Assembly: GCA_004764695.1 (NCBI GenBank)
Contig: SMSO01000007.1
Coordinates: 1,991,270 to 2,055,269 of the forward strand
DNA length: 64,000 nucleotides
Reading direction: 5' to 3'
Source: Schizochytrium sp. TIO01
Lineage: Eukaryota; Protista; Bigyra: Labyrinthulomycetes
Below the pieces are notes generated by a model. It had not been told where the DNA came from. It worked only from the letters and a program-made list of their open reading frames with translations, and ran no database searches. Shown one piece after another: positions 27,290 through 38,390 of this stretch (position 1 is its first letter; the number at the start of each line of letters is the position of its first letter). Both the position numbers and the translations under genes were made by a program.

Positions 27290-30249
27290 TCGTCAATCAA
27301 TCTATCAAAATCAGAGAACCACTCGCATTGAAAAGGCGGGAGCAGACAGGCAGAGAGCCTTGAGTGGCGGGACGGGAGGAGACGCGGAGAGAAGAGAAGA
27401 GAAGAGAAGAGCCGAGGAGGAGGAGGAGGAGGAGTGGAAAGGACCTTGGGCAGTCAGTCAGCAGCGGCAGAAGGCAGAACAGGCGGCAGGCTTGTTTGCC
27501 GAATTGCCGCTGACCGCATGGCCGCCCTCTTCATATCTCGCTAACCACCGCTCTTACTTACAGCACAGCAAACAAGAAAACAAAGCTTTCTTTTTCTTTC
27601 TCTCTCCTTTAGCGCTTCTTCTTCGCTTCACGAACCTTTTTCCCCTTCCTCTTCTGTTGTTGTTATTATTAACTTACTTTTTAATTCGATGAAACATGCT
27701 ATATAATAATTATTACTTTAAATTAATAACGTTTTTATTTTGTTCTATTTAAAAAATAAAAAAAGATCAACGTGACTTTGACAGCTTCTATTTCGATGTC
27801 TATTAGCACATACACATTTGTTTCATTCATTGCTAATCATTTTAAAATTTAAAGAAAAACTAATCATAAACAAACGTTCTTTAACTAACGATATGAAGTT
27901 CGTTTCAAGGACACATACGTATGTATGCATTTGTATTTATGTATTTATGTACATTACATACCCTTTCACTAACAGCAACCAGTAGCGTGCGGAGTGGAAC
28001 GTTCTGTTTCGAAGACGGTAGGGAGGGAGACCTGAAGGAAGAACATGGAGCGGATAGATAAAGGGACCATCTCGCGCTCGAATGCCACATATGAGAGGTA
28101 CTGAGTAGGTAAGTCCCTCGCTATAGCTAGCTAGTGCCGGCACGTATTTATTTCTTAGTATTTATCTCCTGTCTGTCTGTCTGTCTGTCTGTCTGTCTGC
28201 CTGATCGCTCGTTCTCTACTCCTCTGGACGCCGCTTGGCTCCTGAGACTCGGCTGGCATGCGTGGCCTTTGTGCCTGCTGTCAGCGGGTTTTCGTCTTCT
28301 TCTTCTGCCTTTGCGCGTCTTTCTTGGCGGCGCAGGTTGTCACTGACTCGCTCGCTGGCCATCTTGGCCTTTGGCTGAAAGAATGGCTGACACTGCCGCG
28401 TTCTTTCTCTCTCTCTCCTCTCTGTCGCTGTCTATATACCTGTCTGTCTATTGCCAGCTAGGAGGGCGGGGTTCTTTCTTCGAGCTGGCTGTTCTGTTCT
28501 GTTCTGTTCTGTTCTGTTCTGTTCTGTTCTGTTGGCTTGGTTGTGTTTTCTTTCTGCTGAGGCGTTAGAATAGTTTTCATCTCATTTGACCCATGAGAGT
28601 ATAGCGGCGACTTCTAAGAGAAGCTGGAGTGCGGGAAATACGGGCGGGCACCTACGAGGAGGTACGTCAATGTTGAAAATTGCTGCGGCCGAGGGGCTTC
28701 GGGGGAGACAGCAGCTGCACCGCCGTTTAGGGAGGCACGCATTGTTCGCAGGACGGCCGTGAGGGCTGCGAGAGAACTAAAGAAGACGTCGGTGCTTTCT
28801 TTTTTTCTTTTTCTTCTTCTTTTTAATTTTAAATATATATATACTTTTTTAAAGTGAACTTCTCTCGAGTTTAAGGATCTGATTTTAATTGAAAAGTGTT
28901 TCTCAGTTTTGATCACTCTTTTTCTCGCTTGTTTTAATGGGAGGAGCTACAGAACATCTGTCAAAGCTCGAATTCTTCTGCGGGCAGGCAGGCCGCCATC
29001 TCCTCACGCTCCGTTCAATCGTCGATTCAATTCGATTGAGCGTCAATTCAACTGATTTAATTGATTGAGTGTCGATTCAATTCCAATCTCTGTCCATGCA
29101 AACCTATCGACAGTTGTCTTCGGGGTCAATCCTAGAACCATCAACGGGAACTGCGAACGATTTGAAGCTGCGTAGTACCTGGCTAGCCACTAGCTAAGCC
29201 AACTGACTCGCCCGCTCGCTCACTATCGCTTAATAAGCAGCTCTTCCTTCCACCGATGCACCACTAATGGACTTCCTAACTAACGCTCCGTACGCAGAGC
29301 GGCTCGCAGACTGACCGGCCTCCCAGCCGCCTCTGAGAAGAAGAAAGAAAAAGCTTAAAGAAACCATGAAAGAAAGCTTCAAAGTCGAAAGAATGAAGAA
29401 GCTATGCGAGAGACCCTGAAGCCCTGCAAGAATGAATTAATTTATTTATTCATTCATTTATGTATTCATTCATTAATTTACAAATGCAACATTCATTTAC
29501 TTCTGGCTCACGCAGAAAGAACAGAGCGTAGCAGAAAAACGCGAACAAGGCAGGCAGAACCAGCGGGGATCCGCGGGAGAACCAAGGGACAGGCGGCGTT
29601 CTTCCCGGTGCCCGCCTTTCTTGGTACTACTGGTCCTAATCTAGGTTTCCCTCCTTCAAGTAATCTATCTGCTTTCGCCTCTTATTAACGAATTAGTGTA
29701 CCTATTTACCTTTGATTGATTGATTTGATTGATTGATTGATTGATTGATTTATTCAAAATATAAAAATAAAAGAATTGAAAAGAATCAAATGAAACGAAA
29801 TGTAGATTGTTGCCGTGTAATGAATGATTGTGATGTGTAAGAACCGCTGCGCCGTTGGCGTTCTCAGTGCGGCGCGACAAGAGTCCTTTTGGGCTGGCGC
29901 TGCGATGCCCTGCGGCCTGGCACCTGGAGCTCGGCAAGACGCTGCTCGCCGACTGACTCTGACTGGCTGACTGGCTGATCAATAATCGGTCGATCTGTCG
30001 ATCAGTCCATCAGTCGATCGATCGATGCCTGACGGTCTGAGTAGCGCCTAGGCAGGCAGCCGTCTGCGTGGCGGGAGAGGCGAAGGCGAAGGCGCTGGGC
30101 TTGCTTCTGTATGCGCCGTTCGCTTGGTGCTTGGCTGGCGAAGCGTTCTCCTCTCGTCAGAGTTTCTTCCCTTCGAGATTCTGGGAGTGCGCTGGAAACC
30201 CTCGAACTGCGAAACTCTGAGCCCATCGGAGACGCCTCTGTAAGTTAAA

Positions 30250-30307
30250 TGCATTGCATTGCATTGCAGTGCATTGCATTGCATTCATTGCATTGCGATG
30301 CATTGCA
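30250..30307. repeat. (TGCAT)n pentamer array
   Basis: tgcattgcattgcattgcagtgcattgcattgcatt... Confidence 0.9.
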
Positions 30308-31508
30308 AATTGTTGATGCTGATGCCCAGAGGCGTCGACGTGGTCGGAGGCGTGGCTCGGTTTTCTAGTGGCGCCGCGGAAACTCAAGATTGTTGGCGAA
30401 TTCGACGTGGCGAAATTGACCTTTGGGCTGATGGTCTTGCAAGCTTCAAAGTGGAATTTGATCTGATCTGATCTGCTCTCTTGGATTCTGTTCTCTTCTC
30501 TTCCTTCCTTTCTGTTCTGTTGGCTTGAGCAGAAGCCACGAAGAGAACAGTTTGCCGTCTCCACCTATCGAAACAGAACATTTGAGCGAAAAGAAAGAAA
30601 AAGAGAAAAAGAGAAAAAGAGAAAGAAAGAAAGAAAGAAAGAAAGAAAAAGAGAGACTAGGCTTTTCTTTCCTTTTCTTTTCCTATTCTTTTCTTTTCTT
30701 TTCCATTTCTATTCCTTTGTGCGGAAGAACAGGCTTGCGCACGGACTGGCAAACGCAGAAGAATCGCCTCCTACAGCATGAAACGAAAGCGGAGAAGGCA
30801 GGAAACGACGGGCAGAAGCAAGCGCCGCTCAGTTCATCGTAGGGCGCCCCTTGCATCTCTGCCTGGGCCCATCTCTTAACCTCCAGGCTGTCTGCGTTGC
30901 AAGCAAGCAAGCAAGCAAGCAAAAGCTCTCAGTCTGGCACTCAGACTCTCTGACGCCTTAGTTGAGAGGGAAAAGAAAGAAAGGGAAAGAAGAGAAGAAG
31001 AAAAGAAGAAAATCTTTCTTCTCCTTTTCTTCGAGGGTTCTCTCAAGAGAACGAAAAGAACGAGACCGAAGCGGTACATCACATTCTTAGCACGTTTTGA
31101 GAATTGAGCGAGAAACACCGTTCGAACCTCTTTCATACCTCGCGAATACCAGCTCAATTTCAATTTTGTAAAGGAAGGGAGGCCAGCTTAAACGAGCGAG
31201 AATAGCATCAAAGAGACACTCATTCGAGGCCATGGAATAATTGAAAATGAATGCATTTCGTATGGATCACCTTCCCTTTCGCAAAGTACCGAGTCCTGGC
31301 GCAAGTAACAAAACAAAGAATTTGCTGTTCTCCTTCGCGATTCTTTTTTTCCTCCTCTTCTTCTTCTTCTTCTTCTTTCTACAGAACAGCATTAATAATG
31401 AGGTTCTGTTTAAACCTACCTACCTACTGCTACTTACGACCTAGCAGGTTCATTTTTTTAAAATTATCTATAGAGGTGGAAAGAGAACAGTAGGCGACAT
31501 GGAAGCGA

Positions 31509-31649
31509 GGCTGGCTGACTGGCTGGTTGACAGACTGACTGAATGACTGACTGGCTGAATGACTGACTGACTGAATGAATGAATGAATGAATGAGTGATT
31601 GAATGAATGAATGAGTGATTGATTCATGGATTCATTGATTCATTGATTG
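31509..31649. repeat. Period-4 compound array GGCT/GACT/GAAT/GAGT/GATT/CATT
   Basis: The phase is kept for about 35 units while the unit sequence changes. Confidence 0.92.
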
Positions 31650-32286
31650 CTTTCATTGCCTCATCAATGCTTGAGATGCTCGCATTTCGCAGAAGGAGAA
31701 CAGGAATGAGAAACGACGACGAAAAAAAATTAAGATTATATTCTTCGAAGAATCTCTTTCTCTTGTTCGCAATTTTAACTCTTGCTTTCTCTTTCTTTTT
31801 TCTTTCTTTAGATTTAAAGAAAACTTAATGACTAAGTCATGAAAGAAATACCAACCTCTTTCTTTTTCTTTCTTTCGTTCTTTCTTTCTTCTCTCTCTCT
31901 CTCTCTCTCTACCCAACGCAACGGAGGCCTTCATTGTGATTCTGGTTTTGAAAATAAAAGCTTTTTAAAATAATACTTTTGAACGAATGTACGCATATCT
32001 ACCTACCTCTATAGTATAGCAGGAAAGAGAACAGAGAGAGAAAAGAAAACTACGCCAAAGAGAAAGAAAGCAAGCTCGAGGAGGCTCGAAGAAGGCGTCT
32101 CCAAACCCCAAACGCGCTCGCAGCCGCGAAGCAGCAGAGCAGGAGCCTCTGACGAACGACGACAGCGCGCCGGACTATATTCATTTCTGAGAGAGGAGCG
32201 GAGTCAACAAGACTGACTCACCGTCGCGACACATCATCACCAAATACTGCATTACAGTACGTGCATTTGCAACAGGCACGTAGAAA

Positions 32287-32336
32287 CATACATACATACA
32301 TACATACATACATACATACATACATACATACATACA
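32287..32336. repeat. (CATA)n microsatellite
   Basis: Read directly. Confidence 0.95.
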
Positions 32337-33752
32337 TTCAACAGCATCGCCTTGCACAACGAACTGCTCAGGGAGGGCATCGAAAGCGCAGACGGGATCA
32401 GACCAGCGGCGAAGAGGAGGAGGACGCAGCCAGCAGCAGCAGCAGCGAGCCTTCGAGACCACCCGTGGACCAGCCAACCTCGCTTTCGAGCCACCAAGCA
32501 AGCAAGCAAGCAAGTACAGAACCGCTTGAGTTTGCCAGCTGATTCGAATTTTTGAAACTTGGGCCCAGTCAGCCGGCTTGCCGCCAGAAGAACCAGCACG
32601 CTCGCTGGCAGAGAACGCAAGGAGCAAAACCCACTTCCTACGCGGACCTGCCCCCAGCTTCTGCTGCTGCACGAGCACGCCCCCAAAAGCCCGCAAGCCG
32701 TGGACGCAGCATCAAAGCTGCGCAGGAGCGAGCAGAACTCTAATCCCTCAGTCCAATCCCGTGTCCCGTTCTTTCTGTTCGTTCCGTTTTCTTTCGTTCC
32801 GTTTCGTTTCGTTCTTTCCTTCTGTTCCGTTCTTTGCGCACGTGGCCCCAAGCAAGCAAGGTCGGTCACCTAAAGCACCGCTGTTTGGTAGCAAGCCAAG
32901 AAGAAGGAGGAAATAAGCAACAGAGACAGAGAGAGAGCCAATCCACATTCTCTTGGCCATTCCGCAGCACTTTTGGCTCAGGTAGGCAGTAAGGAGTAAG
33001 GAGTTCTTTCTTTCTCAGCGATTCCTCGCTTGCTCGTGATTGACTGATCGACCGCAGGTTCTCGCCTGTCGACGGAGCAAGGAATACGAAGGCCTGACTG
33101 TCTGTCTGTCCTCGCGGCAGCTACTTACTTAATTAATTGATTGATTGATTGATTGATTGAGAAGGAGGAGGGAGAGACCGCCAGCAGCAGTCTCGCAGCG
33201 GCCTGACAGAACCGCCGCATTGCAAAGGAAGTGGCGCATTCATTCATTCATTCATTCATTCATTCATTCATTCAATCAATCAATCATTCTGATTCATTGA
33301 TTCGTTCTGTGATTCACTCTGATTCATTGTTTTTGTGGTTCTCTGCATAAATCGAAGGCGACAAGAAGCAAGAGCAAGGTAAGTGAGAGAAACAGCTAAA
33401 CAACAGAAGGCGGGAGAGGAGGGTTCTCCACGGAGATGGAGAGATGAGAGATCGATAGATACGTGGATAGAGAGAGGCAGGGAGCGTAGCGGCGCCTAGC
33501 GGAGCGTAGCCGTGGCAGTCTGCTTGCTTGCTTTTGCTTGCTTGCTTACTTACTTACTTACTTAGTTGCTTCCAACGCGTGCTTCCTGCCGCCTGGCTCC
33601 TCATCTTCCCGCCGCGACTCGTCTCCGCGGCTCGTGGCTCGACTCCACACGGCTCGGCTCGCGTGGAGGAGGACCTTGCTTGGATGCAGAGTGGTGCGTG
33701 GAGCAGAGAGAGAGGGGAGTCAGTGATTGATTGCTGATCGATTGATTGATTG

Positions 33753-33789
<37 letters not shown>

Positions 33790-35028
33790 GATTGTGCAGC
33801 AGAGGAAGGAGCACTTGCTTGGCTGGGAACTGATTAGCTGACTGACCGACTGACTGACCGACCGACCGCCTGACTGGCTTACTTACTTACTTACTTACTT
33901 GCTTATCAACAGACACAGAGACAGAGACGGAGATTGTGGACCCAACCATCACAGACAGGTGCTCGAAGGTCTCTACTACGTTCATTCATTCGTTCGTTCA
34001 TCGCTGAGTGGGCTGTTCTCGTAACGACGGAGAAGAAGCGGATTCGGCTGAGCAATTGATTGATTGATTGATTGAGCAATCTGAGTGAGATTGTTGGCTG
34101 TGATTGGATTAGGAAAGAAGAGGTGGACCTCGTGCGTGCGGCTCGCTTAGAAGAAAGAGAGAGCTGTGGTTGACTGACGAGGTGAGCGAGCGGCGATTGG
34201 CCAGCGAGCAGTTCAGGCACACAGCGGTCGTGAGCACGCGATCGCGTGAAGAGGAGCGATTCCTGGAATTGTGAGTGAGACTCATTGAATTACACCCGTT
34301 TCTTCCTCTCGCATTAGGCTTGTTCCTTTTTGCTCTGTTTCTTTCCTTTTTCTTCGTCATTAGTTTCTTTCTCTCGCTCTCTTTCTGTCAGTCTCCTGAA
34401 AGAAAGTTGCGAAAGAGAGAACCAGGTACCAATTGGAGATAAAGAAGAAAGAAAGGAGGAAGCGCGCGCGGCCTTGGAATCAATCTCACTGGAGAGACGC
34501 GCTGTGTTGATTGATATCATCAGTCGGAATTCTCAACAGCACCAACAACAGAAATAGTAGCAAGCGCTCCGAGAAGAAGAGAAGAGAGACCACAGAGCCC
34601 GGTTCGAAGACTTGGCGTCCGCAAACTTTCACAGAGGAGGGATATTATCACGTGCTGCAATAGCAACAAAGGCAGACGGGTAGTTGATCTGCCAGGAATT
34701 GTGAAAGTCGGCCCGACCGCAAGTAAAACAAAAAAAAAAAGGAAGCCAAGTCTGCACAACAACAGAGACTATTATTTGGTGAATTTGTTTGATTGATCGC
34801 ATATTTTTTAATTAGCATCAATCCAAGTGCAGAAGAGCTCCTGCAGAAAGCGAGCTTCCCAATTTTAATTACACTTTTTGGGGGGTAAAAGCAGCAGCAG
34901 CAATAACAACAACAACAACAACAACACACGTCTCCAGTCGGCAGATTGGACAAGTAAACACGGTACGGAGAAGGACCGTGCAGGTTCAAGACCAAGCTCG
35001 AGCGATCAAGGGCCGCTCAGACTCTCTT

Positions 35029-36384
35029 ATGACATTCGTGGACGTGGACAGGCCGCCTCTCGTTCCGCGGCTCGAAAAGTTTGAGGCTGCGCAGCGTGTC
35101 ATGAGCATGCAAGAGCAGCAGCAGCTCAAGAAGCTCTCTTCCGCACAGCAGCAACAGGAAGAACAACTCCAAAGCAAAACAGTTGCCGCAACAACACACT
35201 CGCTCGAAAACAGCACATCCGCATCGGCACAAGATTCGGAGAATATGACGGCAAGCAACACAGTCGCCATGGGACAGTCACAGCAGCAGACACCAGCGGT
35301 GGTGAAAGCACCAACTCTGTCAAGAACAAAACGCCCTGTCATGAGACCTAGCCAGGTGGACAAGAAGCACCAACAAATGCGCCTCCAACACCGCATGTTG
35401 CAACAACAACACCGTGACAGTCTTGATCGTGCCAGCCTCTTCTTCATGCGAGACTCGGCAAGGTTATCTGCAGTGGCAAACAATCACTACAACAACAACA
35501 TCAACAACGTCGTGAAGAACAACTTGTACTCTTCAAGGCACCCAGCTGTAGAGGAGGACAGCTGTGTTCTCGATGCATGCCCATCATTACCTTCAACACC
35601 ACAAGCGACTTCCCCGCGCTCTCCTCACGAGTACCAGGAACAACAGTGCCAAGAGCAGAACAACAGTGCCAAATACAACTCCTCTGCCTCCAACTATGAC
35701 GATCTTGCCTCCGCACAAAAACTCATCCAGGGTCTTCGATTGGATAACAAGATGCCCGCTTCAAGTGCAGCCACGATCATGGCCAACGGCATGCCCACTG
35801 CCGCCACAAACAATAGCGACACGTTTACTCCTGCCGGACACAAACGCCCTCGCTCTCTGAATAGTAGTTTTGCACCTGGTTCCATTGCTGCAGCCAACGC
35901 AGATGTGTTTGTTGACAACAACAACAGCAACAGCAACAGCAACAACATGAATAACAATAATGGTCGCGGTCTTACGTCAAGTCCAGACTTTGCACCACTT
36001 TCTGTTTCTTCTACAACGCTCGACCCGGACGCGAAAACCACTGTAGCTTACGATGGTGTTCGTGCTAAAGCCACAACCCCTGCTGCCAATGCATCTGGAA
36101 TCGCTGGCACTACCCGTAAGCGTGCCCGCCTTGTTAGAAGAGATGCTCGCAGTGCACCCTGTTCATGGAACGCCGCAGAGCAGCAAGCTACTGTGCGCTT
36201 CTTGCAATGTCTACAAACAAAGTTTCGCCACATGCCCAAGACCGACATTGATTCCCCAACATCGGTCAGCAGTGGAGAGGACTCCTCCAGCTCTTCTACT
36301 CGCTCACACGCGTCTGACGCATCCGATGACTACCATCAAGTCGCACGGCTGCAACACTCCTACGCACAGCATATTGAGAACTAA
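35029..36384 (+). CDS. Hypothetical Q/N/S-rich low-complexity protein (about 451 aa), probably disordered and regulatory
   Basis: The 468-codon ORF opens at GTG 34978; the first ATG is at 35029. It has frame-preserving Q and N tracts, long antisense shadow ORFs, and basic NLS-like motifs (KRPRS, RKRARL). Confidence 0.8.
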   Translation: MTFVDVDRPPLVPRLEKFEAAQRVMSMQEQQQLKKLSSAQQQQEEQLQSKTVAATTHSLENSTSASAQDSENMTASNTVAMGQSQQQTPAVVKAPTLSRTKRPVMRPSQVDKKHQQMRLQHRMLQQQHRDSLDRASLFFMRDSARLSAVANNHYNNNINNVVKNNLYSSRHPAVEEDSCVLDACPSLPSTPQATSPRSPHEYQEQQCQEQNNSAKYNSSASNYDDLASAQKLIQGLRLDNKMPASSAATIMANGMPTAATNNSDTFTPAGHKRPRSLNSSFAPGSIAAANADVFVDNNNSNSNSNNMNNNNGRGLTSSPDFAPLSVSSTTLDPDAKTTVAYDGVRAKATTPAANASGIAGTTRKRARLVRRDARSAPCSWNAAEQQATVRFLQCLQTKFRHMPKTDIDSPTSVSSGEDSSSSSTRSHASDASDDYHQVARLQHSYAQHIEN

Positions 36385-37592
36385 TTTGGCATACATGGTC
36401 CCCACTAGTTTACCACTGTATGTTTGCTGAGTTGAGAGGTGTGGTAGATTCGTTGTATAATTAGAATGCCTCAGAATTTGTTATGATATCCCCAGCCCCA
36501 TGTGCGTGCCCCCTTGCACACCCACACGATCATAGTAGCAGAAAGTAAGGAGCCAAATGTTTAATAACATACACTTTCGCGATAACAGTAAGCATCCGCT
36601 GCTGCCTGCCTACTATTGCTTAAAGTAGAATAAGTCTTCCTCTGCTGCGCATCTTTTCATCTACCTCCCAATGATCGTCTGAGCAAGAGGCACGAGACAT
36701 CATTTCAATATTTTGTTCTCGGTCAAGACATGCATGTGCTGCTGCTGCTTACTCTGAGATATGGCGCAGTACAAGTCGCATGATACGTCTTAAATTGCCA
36801 AGTTAGATATAATACAAATCTGTGCTACCACACACACACACACACCCTGACACCCTGGATTATCCAGGTCCACCGCTCGCTGGGAGGGAGAACGGATTCG
36901 TACATGTGCATATTTACAAGCCATAGCTATATCACCATTACCCTCTGTATCTTATCTTTTCCCGTATCGTACACAAATGATATTTTTGAACCTACCATTA
37001 TATTCCAAATCATCTTGCTTGTTTCAGCTCTTGCACGAAGTGGGAGGATTCGTACCAAGGTCAAGATTTCCAAGATTACAGCTAATATTATAAATTGCTT
37101 CCCTTGATTAATCGTGTTGACTAGTGTGGAGTTCATTCCCCCCTTCTTCATGATGACTCTCTGACGCGGCAGTACGTAAAATCAGAGTGTCCATGAATTG
37201 TGAAACCTAAAGAAATTGCAATTCTCAAAACGACAGTTTCGTAGTAGAAGCTTTTGTTGGCTTTAATTTAACTTTGCTTAGGGGTGTGTATATATATATA
37301 TATTTATTTATATATTGTGTTCGCTCCGTCGCTCATGTCTCTAAGGCCCGCCAAGTCTGCCCCTGGATTATTTTGTAAATGATAGCATTAAGATGTGAGT
37401 AGAATAGTATCATGTCGTCCATTAATCATTTGTTTCCCATGGTACTCTGCAACTACACAGAAGTATTAGCATTTTTTTTGTGAATACATACCAATCAAAT
37501 CGAAACAAGACTCTTGGACTATATACTCGGACCGTTTCAGGAAATCTTTGATTAAGACTGGTACAGAGAATATCCCAAATCAATGTTTTCCT

Positions 37593-38390
37593 TTACTTCT
37601 TGGAAGACTTGCGATTAGACTTGTTGTTAGCTTTCGATGGGCTTCGCAGAACTGTTCCCATTGTCATAGAGGATTGGTTAGCATATTTTTCCATACGGAT
37701 ACGCTCAAGGTTCTGTTGAGCCTCTAACTCAGATTTGACATTCTGGTATCGCTGCAGGAGCCTCTCCAAATCCAGTTGTCGCTGTTTCTTTTGCTCTTCG
37801 CGCCCCGTCTCTACACGTTTCATGAGAGCCTCGAGTTCCGACTTCTGTCGCTTCTTGAAACGCTGTTCTTTAAGAAACAAATCTTGTTGTTTACGATTAC
37901 CTAGCTTTTCCAGCTCCCAAGCTTCAAGGTTGTCAGCGCGGGCCTTCATTAAAGCTGCTTGCTGATAGTCCTTCTGCTTAGCAAGAACTTCTTGAATACG
38001 ACGCAAGTTCAGAAGCTCCTTAGAGAACTTAATTCGTTTCTGTGATTCCCCAATGATTTGCTTTTGCCAATCCGCAAGCTCTTGGCGATGCCGGGCTTTC
38101 ATGCTTTCCACAAGACTCTCCGCATGTTCGTCATACTCACGAAACTTTTTATCCCAACAAAGGTTAAACTGCTGAAACTCAAGCATGTGCGCCTCTTCTA
38201 CGCCCAGCCGTTCTGCGATCTGACGAGAACGCAATGCCTCACGGCGTCGATTCTCCTCATGAAGCTTGAGCTCATCGAGACGGTTCTTTGCAATTTCAGC
38301 CTCGACGTACTTTCCTGATCGCTCGCAGTTTTTCCTGTGCTCTTCAAGAATATTCAAGAAATCTTGAACTGCAGTCTCCTCGCTATCCAT
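37593..38390 (-). CDS. Coiled-coil protein (265 aa) of unknown function, possibly flagellum-associated
   Basis: First ATG (MDSEETAVQDF) is at 38390. Protein is E/K/R/Q-rich and helical throughout. The motif LEEHRKNCERSGKYVEAEIAKNRL resembles uncharacterised proteins I recall from flagellated protists. Confidence 0.88.
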   Translation of the reverse strand: MDSEETAVQDFLNILEEHRKNCERSGKYVEAEIAKNRLDELKLHEENRRREALRSRQIAERLGVEEAHMLEFQQFNLCWDKKFREYDEHAESLVESMKARHRQELADWQKQIIGESQKRIKFSKELLNLRRIQEVLAKQKDYQQAALMKARADNLEAWELEKLGNRKQQDLFLKEQRFKKRQKSELEALMKRVETGREEQKKQRQLDLERLLQRYQNVKSELEAQQNLERIRMEKYANQSSMTMGTVLRSPSKANNKSNRKSSKK

